Part shown: one piece after another, positions 55,601 through 64,000 of the stretch | Position numbering within the stretch: the stretch's first letter is position 1 | Layout: every line of letters starts with the position of its first letter | Assembly: GCA_030141605.1 (NCBI GenBank) | Contig: JAQGDQ010000457.1 | Location: forward strand, 62,001-126,000 | Length of the DNA stretch: 64,000 nt | Source of the DNA: Tubiluchus corallicola | Lineage: Eukaryota > Animalia > Priapulida | Direction: 5' to 3' | Translations under genes and position numbers: made by a program | Notes under the pieces: generated by a model | The model's database searches: none | What the model saw: the letters and a program-made list of their open reading frames with translations, nothing else | Told to the model about the DNA's origin: nothing

Positions 55601-58600
55601 ATTATATTATCTACTGTACTTTGACCATAGCATAAATTCGACCGGCCACCATACTGGCCACCAATGTAACGATGAGCGGATGGTGCTGATACGCCGGTTG
55701 TCGCATAGTTGAGAGGAAAACATAAAAAACAGTAGTAAGAGCAAAATGACTGAATTCAGTAACATGCCAGACGTCTAGCCCATCGTGCTCCATGAGAGTT
55801 GTCATTGCGGAACAGGTGCTGAGATGGAAGACGCACCTGCCCGTCAGCCCACTGAACCAACGAGGCCATTCCATACCAGCTACTTATAGCTGCTATGCAA
55901 CGCTGATATGCAATGGCTTCGTAATGGATGAAACCATCACAATGTAGAGGGGGGAGGGTCGAAAATAAAGTGCATTTCGCCTTCGTAACAATATTTAGCT
56001 CTGTTATTATAGTATGGGGTGAGAGCAAAAGATGTGTGATCATCATGTGCACTTAGAGATTGAAGTTAGCGATGCTAAGCCTGGCTAGTAAATAAATGGG
56101 CAATTACAGAGTTACAAGCTCACTTCGCACGCTTTCTTGTTGAGGCTTGTGTTCCCCTCTGAATGTTACTGAGGTGCCTTTCCAGTTCAGTGTTTCATCT
56201 TGTACGATTACCTTGGTAATGAGCAAGGTTTTGGTCTTGCCACAACCATCCACATTAAGTTATGTGGTGGATCTCAGCTTACAGGTGCCACACTGTACGA
56301 TAAAATACTAATTTGTGTATCTATTTATGAGATTGTTAGTAAACATGGTTACCTAAACAGGCTCTTGATTAATTTTGCCGTAAGGTCTACATGCTGTGGT
56401 TTAGCTGCAAACTTTCATTTCGTTAGTTAAGCACTATCAACTCCTGGAGTAACTGTGTTGTTAACAGTGGTTAACAAAATGAAAAATCTTCTGTTAAGCC
56501 TTCTATACCTATCCACGTAAAACGCCCTAGATCTGTGAATGCATCTTTCTTTGTCTCGGGGGATACAATCCTTTCTTGGCAGTTTGGTGAAATGCCTTTT
56601 ATAACAATCACTTTTATTAAGCTGTTTAGAAGCCAGTTATCCAGGAGAAATGTATCTTATTAACCTTAAATAATAGTAAGAATGCGCACAAATATACTGC
56701 TAAAAACCAAAATTGCAAACTAAGAAAACTTTTACTTTGGAATTCTCTACCATTACAGGTTAAACAAATCAAGTCCCTATCAGCATTTAAAACAAAATTG
56801 AAATCACTAATATCAACCAGATATGAAATACCATCACACCAGTATGACAACATACACACTAATTCAGAATTCATATATCCACGGCCATATTAATTAAATC
56901 ATAGTTTTTTTTCATTTTTTTGTGCATAATTGTAAATATGTTTGATTTTATTCGTCGTTACTTTCCATTACTGCACAGTAGTTTAGATTGCACTGACGCA
57001 TTTGCCTTCAGCAGTGTAAGTTTTTATTAACTAACACTGATTGATCATCTCTGTAAAGTTTTTATCAGTGATTATAAATGTATTTTAATGGCAAATAAAG
57101 ATTATTATATATATATATATATATATAACTGAACTCTGGTGAATTCATGCCAGTTAGACATTTGTATAAAAACATTCATTCATTTTGCTCCAGCAATTGA
57201 TATTGGTTGTTGCAATTCATGAAGTAGCTGCAGTTTGCTACATAAGGGACGATGGCAACCATTTACTTGTACTGAAGATTGGTGATCCAGAGAATAACAA
57301 AGAAACATGTACGCTGGCTGTAATTTACTTAGAATCAAAGGTGAGCAGATTAGTCGTATCACTTTTGCTGCATTTCTTGTCTTGTTGTGTAAAAATGGCG
57401 GAATAGTTGTTGTCTCACCTCATCAATTATAACAGGTTTTGTCGTGAAAACTGACATTCTTCTTTGGTGAATGGTCAAGAAGTCCATTAGGTCAAGAAGG
57501 TCTGGCCAACTATCCAGCGAGGACTTGCCAAAATTTCTAAAAGAAAGGAAAAGCTGTGCTTCACTCATCTTTCCAAAACATTCCTGTTCCCATTTTTCAA
57601 TATAACAAAATGGAATATCTTAATTTTTTATCTGACGAAAATGTTGAGCTGTTAGATGTATGTAAGTATTTTGAACTTGCATTCATTGTTGTACTTGCTT
57701 TTGGGTGGGGGGGAGGTTTAATAACAGACATTGAAAGGTACCAGACTGAATTGTGCCCCTCATCCAGTGTTCATCCAGATTTGACAATGCTGACATGCTT
57801 AGTAGTTGCAGTTTTGGTTTGAGATCAGCTGCTTGGGTATATACCCTAACCCTTTACATGTTATTTGTTATTTGTTTGTTGCATATTTACCTGTCCTGTG
57901 CTGTTGGTACAATTCTGTGTATGAATTGTATTAACACATTATAAGCATATCAATTTAATGTCATTCATAACAATTAAATCTTTATTACAAGCAGTACTAA
58001 CTCTAATACAGTACTAACACTAATACATTGTAGCACAGCGCTTATAAAAATGTTCACCACTAACCAAAGGGCAGCTGACTAGATCACCAATTGGTCTTTC
58101 GCTGCCTTTTCTTCACATTTTTGTTTCGAAATTTATTGTATTATAACTGTGCGTGTGTTGCAAGATAAATAAAAAAGATTATTATTGTTGTTGTATGTGG
58201 AAGTTAGTGTTAATTTGTCTTTATAAAATTAGTTTTACAAAACACCAACTAATTGTGAAATGAGATTCACAGCCTCATGTTAAATTAGCCATTTGCATCT
58301 TCTTTTTTCATTGTAGTCGGCTGCTGAAGAGTTATGTGCATTAGTGAGGCAGTGTTTTGAATTAGTCTACACAGAAGCTGCTAGAACGTTTTTCGAAGAA
58401 AAGATCAAACAGGAAGGACGGGATGATACATCATTTGCTGCTAGTGGTGCCATCTATTATTATATTATCAATCTTTATAATATCAATCTATTATATTATT
58501 ATCTTATCAATCAATATTATATTATCAATCTTACATTTATCACATATTGTTTTCGTAGTTTTTAGTTCGCTTGTGATTTTTTTAGTTTGGAGATTTTGCA

Positions 58601-59159
58601 AGCAAGTAATAATTTTATATTTTTTTTATAATTTATAATTCATTGGGTGAAAGTACATTAACAAAATTATACGGTCGTTAACCACAAAGTACCAGAGAAA
58701 ACAAATATAAGTACAAGATGGTACCCAGCACATTACCAAACAAAAAACAAAACCAACATCAAACACTAATGTATGTCATAAATACAACTTCACACACACA
58801 TTCAACACACTAAAATTGATAACCAAGTTAACAATCCAGTTTTATAAATACAAAATTCTATAGTTTCCTCTTATTTACCTCTATATTACAAACATTTATT
58901 TATTGGGTTGCAAACAACTGTTAGTATTTCTAGATGTTTGCTCCCTATAAAAAACAAACATTTGTCAACATTGTTCGTATTAGTAAAACCGAGACATGCT
59001 TGAGATTTTAGTGAAGGAATTCTTTCTGTCAATTTTATATTTGTCGCAGTTCATTTAAAAATGTTGCTCATTTCTGTATCTGATCTTATGCATATATATA
59101 TATGCATAAGATCAGATACTGAATATATATATACATTTCTAACTAGATTTAGGTACCTA

Positions 59160-59206
<47 letters not shown>

Positions 59207-62200
59207 ATACTCGTTGAATAACAGAATGCTGTTAAGTTTATGTTGCCTTCCTGTTTCAATAGTTAAGGTATGTGAACTAATCTGGAATTTTGCAAAAGCT
59301 GTTTTAGCCCTTCTTGGAATTTTCTGCGCTATTAAATAATTTTCAAGCTCAAACTCAAATTCAATAAAGTGGCAGTGTTTTTGGCTTTTTTTTATTTGGA
59401 CCAATGAAGAAACTATAATTTATTTGATCTTTTAATGGTTCCATTTTTCTTGCAGAAGACTCTGTGTCTACCTCACATTCAAGAGCTTTGGGATTAGGTC
59501 CTTCCTTGTAAGTTTTCATGATTTTAGTTTACTGCTACTAAGCTTTCTTTAGTCATAGATATTCTGCGCAACAGATTCTGTGCGCGAAGTTTGACAAACA
59601 ATTTACACGATTTTGTCTCTCTAAACTAGTCACACTTTATATATATTTTTTACTTATTTTGAAGTTTATTTCAGCACACACACTAACGTTATATAAAAGG
59701 AGCAAATTACACTAAAATTTAAAAACACTATATGTCATGCACTATTAAAAGAACTACTAATATATACAAAAAAAATGATTTAAAATTTCATGGTGTAAGC
59801 TAAAAAGCTGCTGTTACTACATCAATAAGCTTGACCATCTCCTAAATATTCTGCTATATATAATGAAATTTGCACACTTGGTGATTCGTTGTCTTAAACT
59901 GAGTGATGCAGTAGTATTTAGAATGTTGTATGCTGTTTTGTGCACGTATTGTAGCATAACATTACATAACATAACATAAGCATAACATGTAGAAAACTTG
60001 TGAAGAGTAGTGTTGTAAGTGGTGCGGATCTTGGTTAAACTGCGTGCTTTGAAATTGTTTTATGTTAAACTACCATCTTATTTTTTTGTGTTTTTTTATT
60101 CTGCTATCGTGATATTTTGATATCGTGACCGATTCTAGCTGCATTGTTTGGTGCCATTGATTTAATTACAACCTATCTCTTAGATTCCAAAAATTTTCGT
60201 TCAGAGACTTCAACATTTTTCGGGTTGTTGTGGATCTGTGTGCTTAAGTTTGGTTTATTTAGCCGTTTTTGTATTTTCAGTATTACTGGCTCACAAGAAA
60301 ACATAAATCGTGTCAGTTTAGCTAGCCCTAGAGGACGTCGTGGTAGCAAAAGTGAAAGTGAATTAAGTGGCGGCGGTAACGAGGTTATCCATGATTACAT
60401 GAAACAGGTTTGCTCATATGTAATACTATATTTACTCTTATTTGTTTTTTGTTACTATAAATAAGATGAATGATACTGAAGCAGCATGGTTCTCAGATGG
60501 AAAATGAAAACCGCTTGTTAGAATTTCACACGTGTTCTAACGTTCTGATTATCTAAGTTTTATATCCGCTTGTAACTTATGCATGTTAACTTGTAAGTTA
60601 TGCATCTTCTTCCCAGCTTTTCCCTATTCGGGGTCGCCGTTGTGAATGAGTCTTCTCCACGCATTCCTGTTGTTGACCATCTCTTCAATTATGTCTTCAA
60701 TTTCCACATGATCTTCACCGACTCTTCTTTTCAGGTGTCCATACCATCGCAATCTTGCGAGGCGTCCACTACTTTTACTGTTCCTCTGATATTATTATCT
60801 AATTTTATCTCTTCTTGTTATTCCCACCATTCATCTCAACATCCTCATCTCCACCACACCCATTTTCTTCTCTTCGGTCTTCTTTAGAGAAGCTGCTTCC
60901 AGCCCATAGATTAGAGCGGGTCTGACCACTTCTTTGTGGACTTTCCCTTTAAGTCTCACCGACTCATTCATAGAAGGTTTTGGCGCAGTTTTTAAAGGCG
61001 GAGGCCCTTCCTGACCCTAACCCTCCCTATTTATCCGGGCTTGGGACCGGTACTGAGTTGGGCTGGCTTGCCCCCCCCCCCCCCAGTGGCTAGGTTTTAT
61101 GCATGTTAAATTATGGGTGTTTTATCATTTGTTGTCTACATTACAGAATTACATTTTATAATATTGCTTAATAAATAAGTCGATACCCTCACAAGTAAGT
61201 CATAGAACGTCTTTTGAATTCATCGTATTTGTGTTCCACCAAACAGAGGAATCTTGTCAAAACATCTTTGATATTGTATCTCATAAAGGCTTTTTAAACA
61301 GATTTTTTCTTTAGTTTGTCATTTTTCACTTGTGTTGTGTTTTGTTTCTCTCGGAAGGCTTGTAGAGAAAACCAGAAAACCCGCCGTCAAATTAAACTAG
61401 TTTATTAAGCGAGAATTCTAAACACAAAAGTATGAGGAACAAATTACTAAAGTGAATCTGGAAAACGTTTAGGTATTAAAATGTAAGTATACAGAGAATG
61501 TGTAGTGGCGTCCGTGTGAATCCGTGTGTCCTTCTCAGCGGCCTGCTTCGCCTTATATAGCGTGCTGAAGAAACTTCCAGAAGTTTTGTTCCAGAACATT
61601 CCAGACGGTAAGACGATCATTCCAACGGAACATTCTACAATGTTCTATGTAATTCTAATAGATGCCAGCAATCTCCACAACAACATGTGTTTATTTTAGT
61701 GAGCTTAATGGTTTATTAATTTTGTGATTTCTGTTTGCAGTTACATGCCAGAATGACCGGTCAAGAGTTGAGGCAGTTTGCAATCCTACTAAGGAGGTGG
61801 CATACGGACCTACCATTTGGTGAATTTCTGCAGAAAGTGTTCGAGTTGTACGGGCCAGATAGGAAATACTTGTTGCCAGGTACCTAGATCTAGTTAGAAA
61901 TGTCAATTATTTATACGGCATAAAATAAAATCACGACTGTAAGAGAGTAAGGACCAAAAGTGTGGATGTCTTTCTAAAGCAGTACTGCAAATATCAACTT
62001 GAAATGATTGTTAACTTGGGATAGAGGAGAGGGCAAATATATTTGTTTTGTGATTCAGCATTTGGGCTCCAGTGTCTTACAGATCTATTGTCACTGCTGA
62101 GAATGTTTAATTAGCAATGTACCACCCTTTTGCTGCAGTGCATTCACAGTTCATCCTATGACCAAGGCCCGAAAACTTGGTCAGCAGCATCAATAAAGGA

Positions 62201-63481
62201 AGGGTTCACTTGATGGACATCCTTGTATCATATCTTTGTGCTTAATATAGATTCTTAGCAAGGGTTCCCAAGTAACAAAAATGTGCATTTTCCTAGCAAA
62301 ATTTATTGTTTTATATGCTAATGTCATTAAGTGTTTATGTCATTAAGTAACTTTCCCTTGTTTGATTATTTTTATTTTACATCCTACAGCGAGTGAAGAA
62401 GTACAATTATTTACAATATGTTCAGAAACAAACATATTTCGTATGTTATTGAAAAATGCATTGAGGTCTTCGAGTTCAAGAATAACGTTGTTTATTTTTA
62501 CCTGTATTTGTTTTTCAATGTACTATGACAGGGGTGTGCAAACTGCAGCCCGCGGGCCACTTGCGGCCCGCCGAGAGAATTTGTGCGGCGCGCGAAGAGA
62601 TTTGTCAACCTAATGAAAGTGCGGCCCGAGCGATTAATTGAGTGTATCCAGCTGAAGTCCGTGCTACGATCCCAAAGATAGTGCGGGTAGTTTTTTCTAC
62701 TAGATCGGATGCCATTAACCCTTACAAGATGGTTGTAGCTTAATGTCACTGTACTACACAGATTGTGTGATACACATTACTAATATGCATTGTAATGAAA
62801 GTACCACTATCTGTCCTGAAAGTAGAAATATATGGTTTGTAATATAAATTTTAATAACTTCTAAAATAGTTTCTTGAGTGTAGTAGTAATGATGTACGCA
62901 GATCAGACGCAAAAAATCGTTATTAGGCCTTTCTGTACTTGGCTGCTTTATCAAACTGCATGTGGCCTGCAGGAATTGCGAGAAAGTTTAATGTGGCCCA
63001 GCTAGTCAGATAATTTGCACAACCCTGGACTATGATGTCTATTCAGTGAAGTATTATGTCTGAATATTGAACATCATTTGACATACAGTAGTAGACATCT
63101 GAGCAAGCAGTTAATAACGATATATGCACATTTTTTGTTATACATAATATTCTAAGATTATGATTTTTTGTTGTTAATTTCTCTGATAACTACATTCAGT
63201 GACGTGTGCCCGAATGTGAAGATTATCTTACTTTACCATGTTTTCACACGTATTACAGGCAGTTGGTATTGCGCAGACAGCCAGGAGGTCTATAACTCTT
63301 TCTGTATTCTGTTCTGTATTTAGCTTTTTATTTTGCAGAAATGCGACCCTTTATACCAGACAAGGATTGCCCTTACTTTGAGAATTTCTTGGAACGCATT
63401 GGTATTCGCAACAGTGACAGCAGTGGGTACCCTGTATACATTAAGCATGGTTCTCCTTCTAGGTACAGCGGTTCTGCATGA
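52658..63481 (+). CDS. CCM2: Cerebral cavernous malformations 2 protein (malcavernin) homolog; PTB domain plus harmonin-homology domain
   Basis: Exons 52658-52771, 54842-54925 ([17 protein letters not shown]), 55393-55491 (AVLSLSAY), 57194-57340 ([13 protein letters not shown]...LESK), 58317-58446 (AAEELC...VYTE), 59456-59507, 60281-60407 (SESELS...DYM), 61741-61879, 63339-63481 (MRPFIPDKD...FENFLE.IG). Collinear with vertebrate CCM2. The exact N-terminus is uncertain, and so is whether a further exon follows the possible donor at 63463. Confidence 0.93.
52889..53743 (+). CDS. ApaH-like phosphatase (ALPH) / bis(5'-nucleosyl)-tetraphosphatase-like calcineurin-type metallophosphoesterase; intronless CDS nested in a CCM2 intron
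   Basis: Uninterrupted 284-aa ORF with the full motif set [36 protein letters not shown]. The N-terminal extension is hydrophobic, then Ser/Lys-rich. Confidence 0.93.
   Translation: MSLVLAGLLSFFFRKSVPSLSSSFSTKSGLVPPPPVSHAVVPDHVVTKKKLFVIGDVHGCFDELKELLQKSGVENNTSVVVIFVGDLINKGPKNLDVVQFVMSLGKGALAVRGNHDEESLREWMKMTKDPSYELPERYRWVEELGPDEANFLLSLPYTLRIPAAGISVVHAGLVPGKSITENKPSHIMTMRNLLVGDYFGYDYTPTKSITEGLPWASLWRGPEHVYFGHDARRRLQLYEFATGLDTGCVYGGELTGILLDENEKTFFSVKSFKEYKAPKPHKQA
54014..54135 (-). mobile_element. tRNA SINE internal fragment
   Basis: ACTGTAAATAACAA...CAGGTACCATTTTTAAAGTC matches the body of the two full copies. Confidence 0.65.
58870..59355 (-). mobile_element. Decayed LINE ORF2 C-terminal remnant interrupted by (TA)n and a palindrome
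   Basis: [16 protein letters not shown] and NEQHF*MNCDKY..DR (zinc-knuckle region) motifs. Confidence 0.6.
60606..61096 (-). mobile_element. Second copy of the bipartite RTE element
   Basis: Reverse complement of 1549-2050 with the same internal junction; TSD TTATGCAT. Confidence 0.88.
61333..61682 (-). mobile_element. Solo LTR, third copy
   Basis: Homologous to the other two; TSD ACTTG/ACATG. Confidence 0.8.
62529..63027. mobile_element. hAT-Charlie-like MITE, second copy
   Basis: Reverse complement of 16977-17475; TSD (T/G)ACTATGA. Confidence 0.83.
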
Positions 63482-64000
63482 GCTACTAACACTTACTTAC
63501 TCACTTTTCTTTTACAACCAACTTATTCGGAGGTTTTAATTTTCGGTTATCTAACACTGAATCTTAAAAAAAATAGTAATTTAATAAAAAGAAGCAAAAC
63601 GCTTTTTGTTGCACAGTCAAATAAGAAAGTACTTTTGAGTTTACCGTTTATATGATTTAAGTTTTTGGATAGTTATATATGTTTAGCAAGTATGTTTGCA
63701 TTACAAGCATTCTAAATTACATTTTAACTTTTAGTAGTATCTTCAGTATTAGTGGCTGTTAGGTACTGTAAGTGGCTTAAAAAAGTCTCTCGTTAATTAC
63801 GATAATTTGCGTAGCGAGATAAATTGACAACCTGAGAATCCAGTGATTCATATAATCATTTGTTTATTAATAAATTAATAATCAAAATAAATACGCCTGT
63901 AGCACCATCGAGACCTTTTGTTTGATGTATAGATCGCTGCTAATGGTGCCGTCGTCAGAGCTGTAGCCTTGAATCTTTTATATATATACATAAATATAAA

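Noticed and set aside
55580-56430. ORFs in a moderately GC-rich segment of a CCM2 intron
   Set aside because: No recognisable motifs or splice-consistent structure; probably decayed repeat sequence.

Overview
AT-rich, intron-rich genomic DNA of an animal, most likely an invertebrate; it is not prokaryotic and has no CRISPR array. Five protein-coding genes can be reconstructed by hand. (1) MED23, minus strand, 23 coding exons from ATG 28867 to 165, continuing off the left edge. (2) A non-muscle myosin II regulatory light chain, plus strand, 32199-36384. (3) TFIIS/TCEA1, minus strand, 50443-42974. (4) CCM2/malcavernin, plus strand, about 52658-63481. (5) An intronless ApaH-like (ALPH) metallophosphoesterase, 52889-53743, nested on the SAME strand inside the first coding intron of CCM2 and preceded by its own splice acceptor 2 nt before the ATG; this is the most unusual feature. 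The genes form two head-to-head pairs. Introns and intergenic DNA hold many repeats: a 5S-rRNA-headed SINE family (5 copies, one apparently with a different head), a tRNA SINE whose tail seeded very long microsatellites, a bipartite non-autonomous RTE element, three solo LTRs, hAT- and Tc1/pogo-type MITEs (one nested, with the empty site visible) and LINE remnants. There are also several tandem arrays, including 18x84 bp in the predicted TCEA1 3' UTR and 4x58 bp that duplicates a MED23 splice acceptor. All calls come from manual reading and remembered family motifs; no database search was run.
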